Below, piece after piece: positions 53,070-64,000 of a stretch of 64,000 bases of DNA. This DNA comes from Octopus sinensis (Eukaryota): assembly GCF_006345805.1 (NCBI RefSeq), contig NC_043009.1, positions 22,010,001 through 22,074,000 on the forward strand, written 5' to 3'. The notes under the pieces are model-generated. The model searched no databases. It saw nothing but the letters and a program-made list of their open reading frames with translations, and was not told where the DNA came from. Each line of letters starts with the position of its first letter. Position 1 is the stretch's first letter. Made by a program: the position numbers and the translations under genes.

Positions 53070-53107
<38 letters not shown>

Positions 53108-53155
53108 CTTAGCTTACAATTTTCTTTCAACAATTGACACTGTCATATATGTATA

Positions 53156-54112
53156 TGTTAGGACGGGCGCTCAGACTCGACTCAGGACCCTAAGTCGGCG
53201 ACGACGTCTACGCTCAGTCAAACGGAAATCCACCGCAGAAAGCGGGAGTAGAAAGTGAACGCAAGCCAGTAACCGGAGACAACAACAGGAGAGAGACAGC
53301 GGAAGGCAGTTGCTTACATTTAACAACAATTTATATAATTTTACAACATCAATTGAAACATTTCAAATACATTTAAAAACAAGGTTAACAGACATTTAAC
53401 AATTTGTAACTTTACAAAATCAATCAAACGTAATACCGAGTTAAAAACAATCAATTGGTTGACATGCAAAACAATACAGAATCACAACAAAGTCTTTCTC
53501 TTTTCTTAATGTTCTTTTCTCTCTCTTCTTTTAGAGACACAGAGAATTCGTTCTCAATTTTCTTTAAACATTTACAAGTTCTTTTTTTTCTTAAACAGAT
53601 TACACGTTCTTTTTACAGTCTCTTTTTTTTTTAAACATCATAATTCAACATTAAAGTCCGAAACACAAATCAAAACATAAACAACAATACCGAATATTTC
53701 TGAACCCACTATAAGTAGTCCAGCTTCTTCGCTGTCATCCTCTTCTCTACCTCTCGCCTGCCAATTTCTCATTATTCTCTGCCTGTCTTTCTCGCCTCGC
53801 CGTTGCCTCTCGCCATCACCACCTTCTTGGCTGACCGTCCGTATCGCCGTCTGTCTCTTGCTAACTGAACCCTTCTCCGGCCCTTCGCTGTCTGATCCCT
53901 CTAACACCAGTTCGTCGCATTTTAAAGGGTGGCTTAAAAAAATTTTTTTTCAACTTTCCCTGACCGTGTAAGGGTTAGAGTTACTTCCTAAACTCATTAA
54001 TTTTAACCTTGCCGTTGACAAAACAATGAACCATTATTTTTTTTCCCCGCCGGTTCGACTTCAACCAACGGAACTAGGGCATAGCGTTTTCCCGTTTATT
54101 CATCTCCGTAAA
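53156..54112. mobile_element. Solo LTR, same family as 22891-23909
   Basis: TGTTAGG..CCGTAAA termini, TATA flanks; shared gacagcggaaggcagttgcttacatttaacaac. Confidence 0.7.
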
Positions 54113-54130
54113 TATATATATATATATATA

Positions 54131-54520
54131 GGCGCAGGAGTGGCTGTGTGGTAAATAGCTTGCTTACCAACCACATGGTTCCGGGTGCAGTCCCACTGGA
54201 CACTGGCACCTTGGACACGTGTCTTCTACCATAGCCTCGGGCCGACCATACCCTTGAGTGAATTTATTTGACGGAAACTGAGAGAAGCCTGTCGTATATA
54301 TGTATATGTGTGTTTGTCCCCTCTCCCAACATCGCTCGACAACCGATGCTGGTGTGTTTACGTCCCCGTAACTTAGCGGTTCGGTAAAATAGACCAATAT
54401 AATAAGTACTAGGCTTACAAAGAATAAGTCCTGGGGTCGATTTGCTCGACTAAAGGCGGTGCTCCAGCATGGCTGCAATCAAATGACTGAAACAAGAAAA
54501 AGAGTAAAGAGTAAGAGAGT
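54131..54520 (+). mobile_element. SINE family A, full length
   Basis: ggcgcaggagtggctgtgtggtaa to tail. Confidence 0.9.
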
Positions 54521-54679
54521 ATAAATGTTTCGCTGTAGCTAAGAATATATGTATGGATAAGTATATGTATGTGTGTGTATGTATATATGTATCTAAATGT
54601 GTAAGACTGTATGTATGTATTTCTGTTTGTAAGACTATAATGCCGTTATGTCCGTTTCTAAACATAAGTTATGTGGTGT

Positions 54680-54718
<39 letters not shown>

Positions 54719-54961
54719 CGTGCGCTGTACGAGCGTGTGCGTGTGTAGTGAGCTTTGGACGCAGGTCTTCAAGAAATATCCATGTTTGTATGTGTTACTA
54801 TACACGTTTCTAAGCAATAAATATTGTAATGTCTTGTCAAGACGAACGTTATTCCTGGACTCCGTGTGTGTGTGTGAAGCTAACCTTTTTTCGGCGTCAC
54901 TGTCTCTCTCGTTACTACATATATCCGTATTAATTACGGATGTATTAACTACGCATGTACG

Positions 54962-55024
<63 letters not shown>

Positions 55025-55025
<1 letters not shown>

Positions 55026-55400
55026 TAGCAGTATCGCCCGGCGTTGCTCGGGTTTGTAAGGGAAATAACTATATAAGCATTTTTAGAGAGTTATAGCCAA
55101 AAAATAGCAAAAAAATGCATTAAAAATTTTTTTTTAAATCGTTGACTCATCGTAGATATTTTTAGAGAGTTACTTCCCTTATATAATAGCGAAAAATGCA
55201 TTAAAATGGAACAATATGATGGTAAATTTTTTTTTAAATCGTAGACTCATCGTAGACGCACGCTAATACCCAGAAGGGCTCGATATGAATCACGACTATA
55301 AGATACCCGGTTTTGGTTACACTGCACCGCAAAATGCGGGAGTAGTTAGGAATCTAAATCGTAGGAGACAGACACACAACTTCACTTTTATATATAAAGA
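55025..55400 (-). mobile_element. Helitron family A variant
   Basis: RC TCTTTATATATAAAAG..hairpin CTAG, A|T site. Confidence 0.88.
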
Positions 55401-55958
55401 TATAAGCCACGTAGTTATATACACATACTTTTTTATATACACATTCTTAAAAGAAAATGTTATTTTGAACACAACATTTATCTCTTATTATAAAAGGCAG
55501 ATTTTATCTGCCTCCCTTTGTCACTTATAGAAATCTACAATATAGGATTTCTTCAATTACAATTTACCTAGCATTTTTAAGAGTAGAATGCATCGGGTCA
55601 TGCCAGGTCCAGTTTTTAAAATTTAAACTCCAATTAAGCAAAATTTACAGAAAACTCACATTCTGGTGTGTATGTTAAATGCTTTTCTTAGTCTGGTTTA
55701 CAGCACACGCAAACGCACACACACAGTGTGCAACGAATAAAGTGAAACTAATTCACTGTGTGTTGACAGGTAGAAAATAGAATGCGATGGCGATGGCGAT
55801 GGCCATGTAATATTTGTTTCTGTCTATGACGCTGATAGATACATGAGTAAAATGTATGGGAAGCTAAGAGATAAGGGTGAGTGAAAATGTTCTTGGAAGA
55901 GAGTAAATAGCGAGAGTGATTTGAGGAAGACTTTACATTAAATAACCGTAGTGGCTTG

Positions 55959-56033
<75 letters not shown>

Positions 56034-56048
56034 ATATATATATATATA

Positions 56049-56423
56049 CTAGCAGTATCGCCCGGCGTTGCTCGGGTTTGTAAGGGAAATAACTATATAA
56101 GCATTTTTAGAGAGTTATAGCCAAAAAATAGCAAAAAAATGCATTAAAAATTTTTTTTTAAATCGTTGACTCATCGTAGATATTTTTAGAGAGTTACTTC
56201 CCTTATATAATAGCGAAAAATGCATTAAAATGGAACAATATGATGGTAAATTTTTTTTAAATCGTAGACTCATCGTAGACGCACGCTAATACCCAGAAGG
56301 GCTCGATATGAATCACGACTATAAGATACCCGGTTTTGGTTACACTGCACCGCAAAATGCGGGAGTAGTTAGGAATCTAAATCGTAGGAGACAGACACAC
56401 AACTTCACTTTTATATATAAAGA
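56049..56423 (-). mobile_element. Helitron family A variant (duplicate)
   Basis: As above. Confidence 0.88.
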
Positions 56424-56978
56424 TATAAGCCACGTAGTTATATACACATACTTTTTTATATACACATTCTTAAAAGAAAATGTTATTTTGAACACAACAT
56501 TTATCTCTTATTATAAAAGGCAGATTTTATCTGCCTCCCTTTGTCACTTATAGAAATCTACAATATAGGATTTCTTCAATTACAATTTACCTAGCATTTT
56601 TAAGAGTAGAATGCATCGGGTCATGCCAGGTCCAGTTTTTAAAATTTAAACTCCAATTAAGCAAAATTTACAGAAAACTCACATTCTGGTGTGTATGTTA
56701 AATGCTTTTCTTAGTCTGGTTTACAGCACACGCAAACGCACACACACAGTGTGCAACGAATAAAGTGAAACTAATTCACTGTGTGTTGACAGGTAGAAAA
56801 TAGAATGCGATGGCGATGGCGATGGCCATGTAATATTGTTTCTGTCTATGACGCTGATAGATACATGAGTAAAATGTATGGGAAGCTAAGAGATAAGGGT
56901 GAGTGAAAATGTTCTTGGAAGAGAGTAAATAGCGAGAGTGATTTGAGGAAGACTTTACATTAAATAACCGTAGTGGCT

Positions 56979-57024
<46 letters not shown>

Positions 57025-57290
57025 CATAAGACAGTAAGGTGTGATTTGAGGGAGATTTGGCTGCTATTTCTACCATGTCTAGCTGCCATGTAGGGGTCTC
57101 CCTCATAGGCTCATACATACATATATACATAGATAAGACAGTAAGGTGTGATTTGGGGGAAATTTGGCTGCTATTTCTACCAGGTCTAGCTACCATGTAG
57201 AGGTCCCCCTCATTGGCTCATATATATATACATACATAAGACAGTAAGGTGTGATTTGAGGGAGATTTGGCTGCTGTTTCTACCAGGTCT
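57025..57290. repeat. ~105-bp tandem repeat x2.5
   Basis: ataagacagtaaggtgtgatttgagggagatttggctgct repeated three times. Confidence 0.9.
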
Positions 57291-57655
57291 GTTAGGCCTT
57301 CTCATGTAAACTCAAGCTTTCTCATGCCTTGAACATAAGACCAAAGCAGAGAATGTATTCTTTTATTCTTCTGCTTTTTCCAGCCATTGGTCTGTGGCCA
57401 TGCTGGGGCAATGCCTTGAAGAATTGTAGTTTAATGAATCAACTCCAGTTTTATTTTTGTAAGCATTGTACTTATTCTATCTGTTTCCTTTGTCAAACCA
57501 CTAGGTGACAGGGATGTAAACAAACCAACATTCGTTGTCAAGCAGTGGTGGAGGACAATTACAAGCACAGACACGCACACACACACACATACATGCATAC
57601 ACATATACACACATACATACATACATACATATATATATATGTGTGTATATATATA

Positions 57656-57915
57656 TTGCAGCGTGGAAGGTGTTTGTAAGCCATTTAAGAAACACACAAA
57701 AACCGTTACATTCACTTCAACATTTAAATTTAATTTGCCAAAATATTTTCCTCGCTTTCACACCGCGACCTGTTCACTGACAAAAATATCGTGCTAACAG
57801 GTCGCGGTCTCAAAGCGACGAAAATATTTTGACAAATTAAATTTAAATGTTGAAGTGAATCTAACGGTTTTTGTGTGTTTCTTAAATGGCTTATAAACCC
57901 CTTCAACGCTGCAAC
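57656..57915. repeat. Palindrome (~120-bp arms) inside the composite Helitron
   Basis: ttgcagcgtggaagg..gcgacctgtt / aacaggtcgc..ccttcaacgctgcaa; also present at ~61135-61392. Confidence 0.9.
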
Positions 57916-57986
57916 TGTTTTCGTTCCAGCACACGATCTCAGATCAAGTCACTTGCTATGCAAGTACATCTCTGTAACTATATATA

Positions 57987-58043
<57 letters not shown>

Positions 58044-59214
58044 TGGGAAAAACAGTAAGATAACAAAAGAAAGAAAGAGACCTCAATATTATGTAAATAG
58101 AGGAAATCTTTATATATAAAAGTGAGATTGTGTGTCTGTCTCCTACGATTTAGATTCCTAACTACTCCCACATTTTGCGGTGCAGTTTAACCAAAACCGG
58201 GTATCTTATAGTCGTGATTCATATCGAGACCGTCTGGGTATTAGCGCGCGTCTTACGATGAGTCTACGATTTAAAAACAAATTTACCATCAATTTTTCCC
58301 ATTTTTAATCCATTTTTGACATATATAAGGGAAGTAACTCTCTAAAATTTATTATTAAATCTCAGAACGTAAAAAGCTACAGTAACACCCCTCCCCCTTT
58401 GTGGTTAGCCATTTTGAGATGGCTATTATACTTTACATCTCTAAAAATGCTTATATAATTATTTCCCTTACAAACCCGAGCAACGCCGGGCGATACTGCT
58501 AGTAAAGAATAAAATATTTTTTGGTTTTTCTTTTAAACGGATGCATACATTTATTAATAACTATATATAAGTGTCGTCTGTTTATACATAAACACTGTTT
58601 CATACTGCAAGCTCGGCTCGCCAATTAATACTACCAAAATTTAACGACAGGAAGTAAAATAAAAACCAATTTACCTTTTCTGTATTGTTATAGCAATTCG
58701 ACCGTCCGTGTGTCTTTGCAAATGTGTTGGAATGAGAAGTGAGTTGTGTTTTGGCGCCTTTTTTTACTAATAACAAACACACACGTGTTTGTATGTAGTT
58801 GTTTGAAACGTTTGTGTTTGTCACTGTCATATATGTATGTGTATGCGTGTGTGTGAGGAATGACACACACACACTCACGCACGCACACATGTACATCAAT
58901 GCTTTCGGAGTGAAATGTTAAAATATTGAGTTTTCTCGAATTTTGTCTTAATTGGGGGTAAAATTGAAAGAAATTTTGTATGGCATGACCCAATGGAAGT
59001 ACTTTGAAAAATCATGGGTAAACTCTAATTGAAGAAATTGTGTGAGGAGTAAATCGTTATGTATTTATTTGTTTCTGTTTGCTGTTTTTTTTTTTAGTAG
59101 TGGTTTAAGGTACACTTCTCTCGTTTTATCGAAATAGTTTCACTTTAATCGTTGCAAACTTGCAAAGAGAAAGTCGTAGAAATTAGAGTGATAGCGTGAG
59201 TGAATCAGATCGCT

Positions 59215-59245
<31 letters not shown>

Positions 59246-59259
59246 CGTGTGCTATAGCC

Positions 59260-59474
59260 CACACTAAGAAAAGCACTTGACTTACACACCACAATGTGAG
59301 TTTTCTCTAAATTTTGCTTAATTGGGGTTGAAATTTTAAAAACTGGACCTGGCACGACCCGATGCATTCTACTCTTAAAAATGCTAGGTAAATTGTAATT
59401 GAAGAAATCCTATATTGTAGATTTCTATAAGAGACAAAGGGAGGCAGATAAAATCTGCCTTTTATAATAAGAGA
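59260..59474 (-). mobile_element. Helitron family B 5' portion
   Basis: RC begins tctcttattataaaaggcagattttatctgcc. Confidence 0.7.
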
Positions 59475-59496
59475 TATATACATACACACATATTTT

Positions 59497-59903
59497 GGGA
59501 TCTTTTCCTTTTGATAGCCAGATTTCAGCACAATTTCTAGTTAACTAAACACTTTAAAACTTCGTATACTGGTAGAATGTGTCGAAAGAAAACATTATTT
59601 TCACTTGGCTTTTTTGATAAATTTGTAATTCGTTTGTTTAAGCATAGGATTGGTTAAAATTCAAAAAATTAAACTACGTTAAACAAACGAATTACGCAGC
59701 AAATGATTTTAGCTCGATAGAGGCCATCGATTGGTTAAAATTTGAAAAATTAAACTACGTTAAACTTACAAATTACAATTTTCTCAAGAAAGCCAAGAGA
59801 AAAAATGTTTTATTTTGATACATTCTACCAGTATACGAAGTTTAAAAGTGTTTAGTTAACTAGAAATTGTGTTGAAATCTGGCTATCAAAAGGAAAAGAT
59901 CCC
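59497..59903. mobile_element. Fold-back/MITE with ~90-bp TIRs starting GGGATCTTTTCC
   Basis: gggatcttttccttttgatagccagatttca.. / ..aaatctggctatcaaaaggaaaagatccc. Confidence 0.85.
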
Positions 59904-59918
59904 ATATATAGTTATACA

Positions 59919-59949
<31 letters not shown>

Positions 59950-60149
59950 GTACGTACGTACGAACGTACATACATACATATGGTTTGACTATGTATTTGT
60001 GTGTATGTCAAAACAAGATGCTTGACAAGCGTAGCATGTGGGTATTTTTCAGTGTGCTCTGTTTCCGGTATAAATATGCGCGCGAGTGTGTGTGTTCATA
60101 TTTTACATGTTTCAGCCATTGGACTGCGGCCATACAGGAGTACTAACTT

Positions 60150-60450
60150 GGGACCTTTTCAGTTTGAACGCAGTTTTTTCTAGCGGTGTCATATGAAATT
60201 GAGGGTTAGGGTTAGTGACAGGATGTTGTCTCAGTTTTAGACGCAGCAAATGATTTTAGCTCAATAGAGGCCATCGATTGGTTAAAATTTGAAAAATTAA
60301 ACTACGTTAAACTTACAAATTACAATTTTCTCAAGAAAGCCAAGAGAAAAAATGTTTTATTTTGACACATTCTACCAGTATACGAAGTTTAAAAGTGTTT
60401 AGTTAACTAGAAATTGTGTTGAAAACTGCCATTCTAAAGGGAAAGATCCC
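60150..60450 (+). mobile_element. Same TIR family, deleted copy with a TTAGGG seed
   Basis: gggaccttttcagtttgaacg..aaagggaaagatccc; agggttagggttag inside. Confidence 0.75.
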
Positions 60451-60586
60451 AGAATGTTTTTTTTACCTCAATAGACGTCAGTGATTGGTTGAAATTGCAG
60501 AAATTGAAGAAAAAAAACAACAAATATCTTACAAACTATAGAATTTTCTCAATAAAGTCAAAAGAAAAAGATGTTTTATAAACACA

Positions 60587-62356
60587 CTAGCAGTATCGCC
60601 CGGCGTTGCTCGGGTTTGTAAGGGAAATAACTATATAAGCATTTTTAGAGATGTAAAGTATAATAGCCATCTCAAAATGGCTAACCACAAAGGGGGAGGG
60701 GTGTTACTGTAGCTTTTTACGTTCTGAGATTTAATAATAAATTTTAGAGAGTTACTTCCCTTATATATGTCAAAAATGGATTAAAAATGGGAAAAATTGA
60801 TGGTAATTTTTTTTTTAAATCGTAGACGCGCGCTAATACCCAGACGGTCTCGATATGAATCACGACTATAAGATACCCGGTTTTGGTTAAACTGCACCGC
60901 AAAATGTGGGAGTAGTTAGGAATCTAAATCGTAGGAGACAGACACACAACCTCACTTTTATATATAAAGATTTCCTCTATTTACATAATATTGAGGTCTC
61001 TTTCTTTCTTTTGTTATCTTACTGTTTTTACCAATATACATATATATATATATATATAAATATATATATAGTTACAGAGATGTACTTGCATAGCAAGTGA
61101 CTTGATCTGAGATCGTGTGCTGGAACGAAAACAGTTGCAGCGTTGAAGGTGTTTATAAGCCATTTAAGAAACACACAAAAACCGTTAGATTCACTTCAAC
61201 ATTTAAATTTAATTTGTCAAAATATTTTCGTCGCTTTGAGACCGCGACCTGTTAGCACGATATTTTTGTCAGTGAACAGGTCGTGGTGTGAAAGCGAGGA
61301 AAATATTTTGGCAAATTAAATTTAAATGTTGAAGTGAATGTAACGGTTTTTGTGTGTTTCTTAAATGGCTTACAAACACCTTCCACGCTGCAATATATAT
61401 ATACACACATATATATATATGTATGTATGTATGTATGTGTGTATATGTGTATGCATGTATGAGCGTGTCTGTGCTTGTGATTGTCCTCCACCACTGCTTG
61501 ACAACGAATGTTGGTTTGTTTACACCCCTGTCACCTAGTGGTTTGACAAAGGAAACAGATAGAATAAGTACAATGCTTACAAAAATAAAACTGGAGTTGA
61601 TTCATTAAACTACAATTCTTCAAGGCATTGCCCCAGCATGGCCACAGAGCAATGGCTGGAAAAAGCAGAAGAATAAAAGAATTGAGGGGGACCTCTACAT
61701 GGTAGCTAGACCTGGTAGAAATAGCAGCAAAATTTCCCCCAAATCACACCTTACTGTCTTATCTATGTATATATGTATGTATGAGCCTATGAGGGAGACC
61801 CCTACATGGCAGCTAGACATGGTAGAAATAGCAGCCAAATCTCCCTCAAATCACACCTTACTGTCTTATCTTTCTGCTACTTGGATATAGGTGTTATATT
61901 CGTCTAAAAAAACTTTCCTGTCACACACTCACGCACACACACACACACACACGCACCGTCACACACACACACACACTCACACACACGCACGTTAGCTTAC
62001 AATTTTATTTATATATTTGCGTGTCCATGTGTGGAAAGAAGAAGTGGGAGGCAGAGTGAAAGAATCACTCACCACAGTAAGTGAATTAGTTTCATTTTAT
62101 TCGTTGCCCACTGTGTGTGTGCGTTTGCGTGTGGTGTAAACCAGACTAAGAAAAGCATTTGACACACACACCAGAATGTGAGTTTTCTGTAAATTTTGCT
62201 TAATTGGAGTTTAAATTTTAAAAACTGGACCTGGCATGACGCGATGCATTGTACTCTTAAAAATGCCAGGTAAATTGTAATTGAAGAAATCCTATATTGT
62301 AGATTTGTATAACTCCCAAAGGGAGGCAGATAAAATCTGCCTTTTATAATAAGAGA
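60587..62356 (-). mobile_element. Composite Helitron inserted into a TIR-family element
   Basis: Removing it restores ttataaacaca|ttctaccagtatacg, identical to the uninterrupted copy near 63690-63720; A|T site, no TSD. Confidence 0.85.
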
Positions 62357-62967
62357 TTCTACCAGTATACGAAGTTTAACATTTTTTAGTTACCTAGAAA
62401 TTATGTTAAAAACTGCCGTTCAAACCAAAAAGATCCCTAACTTGATAGGTTTAGGCAAATAAATCGACCCCACGACTTGTTGCAAACTTTATGACATTCT
62501 AGATGCCAGGAGCCCAATCTTGGACAGAACTTGACCAAGGAGGACAATTCTATCAAAGAGACGAGCTGTGAAAAGACATGCCTGATAACAGTTATCAACA
62601 TTCAGGAATCTTCAGCAAATTAAAATACTGTCCATATTGGTTATATATATATTTTCCTTTTTATATCCTAAATACAAGATAATTCAAAATGAACGGTAAT
62701 GAATACCGTAAATTCTTGAGTATAATCCGCAATTTTTCCCCAAAATTTAAAGGTTGAAATCCCTAGTGCGTACTATATACGAGGTTAAAAATGAAAATTA
62801 TTTTCTAAGCAATGTCCAAGTCTCTATTTGCTGTCCGGCAATGTTTATTCAGACACATTTTGTGATGTCAGGTGCAAAAATACCTCAAGCTAAACCTGAA
62901 AGTAATGAAATCATAAAAGAATCATCCATAACTTGCAATAAGCAACATTTATTGAAAACATTATTAC

Positions 62968-63783
62968 GGATCTTTTCCTTTTGAACGGTATATGTCAACA
63001 CAATTTCTAGTTAACTAAACACTTTTAAACTTCGTATACTGGTAGAATGTGTTTATAAAACATCATTTTTTTCTTGGCTTTATTGAAAAAATTCTATAGT
63101 TTGTAAGATATTTCCACTTTAAAATCGAGCATTTCGGCAATCTTAACGTTCATTTAGGTAAAAACATTCCGTGCTGTATGAATATGTCCCTCCTTTAAGA
63201 AACGGATTGGGTTTATTTACATTTGCGAAGAAAAAAAGATACCCTTCCCCCACCCCTAACCCTACCCTAACCCTAACCCCACCCCTAACCATAACTCTAA
63301 ACCTAACCCTAAAATAGATTGAAATGCAATAGATCGATACTAGGGTTATAATTATGAGTGACAATTTCATTTGACACCGCTAGAAAAAAATCCCATTTTC
63401 CGTAGCGGTGTCACATGAAATTGTTACCCATAATTATAACCCTAGTATCGATCTATTGCATTTCAATCAGTTTTAGGGTTAGGGTTAGGGGTGGGGGAAG
63501 GGTATCTTTTTTCTTCGCAAATGTAAATAAACCCAATCTGTTTCTTAAAGGAGGGACATATTCATACAGCACGGAATGTTGTTTACCTAAATGGATGTAT
63601 TTGGTTAAAATTGCCGAAATGCTCGATTTTAAAGTGGAAATATCTGACAAACTATAGAATTTTCTCAATAAAGCCAAGAAAAAATGATGTTTTATAAACA
63701 CATTCTACCAGTATACGAAGTTTAAAAGCGTTTAGTTAACTAGAAATTGTGTTAAAAACTGCCGTTCAAACCAAAAAGATCCC
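62968..63783. mobile_element. Fold-back element (~400-bp arms) with internal telomere-like (TTAGGG)n tracts
   Basis: ggatcttttcc..aaaaagatcc; arms meet at gacaccgcta / tagcggtgtc with a ~20-nt spacer; ccctaa tract 63253-63311, ttaggg tract 63474-63490. Confidence 0.88.
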
Positions 63784-64000
63784 TAACTTGATAGGTTTAG
63801 GCAAATAAATCGACCCCACGACTTGTTGCAAACTTTATGACATTCTAGATGCCAGGAGCCCAATCTTGGACAGAACTTGACCAAGGAGGACAATTCTATC
63901 AAAGAGACGAGCTGTGAAAAGACATGCCTGATAACAGTTATCAACATTCAGGAATCTTCAGCAAATTAAAATACTGTCCATATTGGTTATATATATATTT
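63704..64000 (+). repeat. Direct duplication of 62357-62660 (offset ~1346), runs off the window
   Basis: Identical flank ctaacttgataggtttaggcaaat..ccatattggttatatatat. Confidence 0.9.

Larger units (their letters stand above)
54961..56980. repeat. Near-perfect ~1.02-kb tandem duplication bounded by (TA)n
   Basis: 55025 matches 56049 (offset 1024, then 1023 after a T-run difference). Confidence 0.92.
56504..58502 (+). mobile_element. Composite Helitron: family B 5' end + captured DNA + family A element as 3' end
   Basis: A|TCTCTTATTATAAAAGG..hairpin CTAG|T; inverted sister at 60587-62356. Confidence 0.65.

Noticed and set aside
63253-63490. Chromosome end or fusion site suggested by opposed CCCTAA/TTAGGG tracts
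   Set aside because: Tracts are short, degenerate and embedded symmetrically in a dispersed TIR-family element

Overview
Repeat-saturated eukaryotic non-coding DNA with no prokaryotic features. The SINE families and the very large (TA)/(CA) microsatellite fields point to a cephalopod, most likely Octopus (inference). There is one 100-N gap at 31933-32032. No complete host gene is present. One plausible signal-peptide exon lies on the minus strand (39608-39698), so much of the window may be intronic. The rest is mobile DNA: several tRNA-derived SINE families, CR1-group LINE fragments, Penelope-like (PLE) RT/GIY-YIG remnants, Helitrons (Pif1 helicase remnant, tandem trimer, composite copies), mariner/hAT MITEs, two solo LTRs and fold-back elements. 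Highlights: (1) a head-to-tail stack of three diverged Tx1/L1-type ORF1-only retroelements (43205 to ~47500), each junction marked by the same 15-bp motif from a SINE head, suggesting a SINE-targeted, RT-less retroposon; (2) about a dozen hammerhead-ribozyme-like folds, several with intact cores, two of them as outward-facing inverted pairs and one in a 425-bp tandem unit; (3) a recurring tail-out inverted-pair architecture; (4) LINE-SINE 3' tail sharing with a covarying hairpin; (5) a composite Helitron inserted at an A|T site with a reconstructable empty site. All alignments and folds were done by eye, and family names are unverified against databases.
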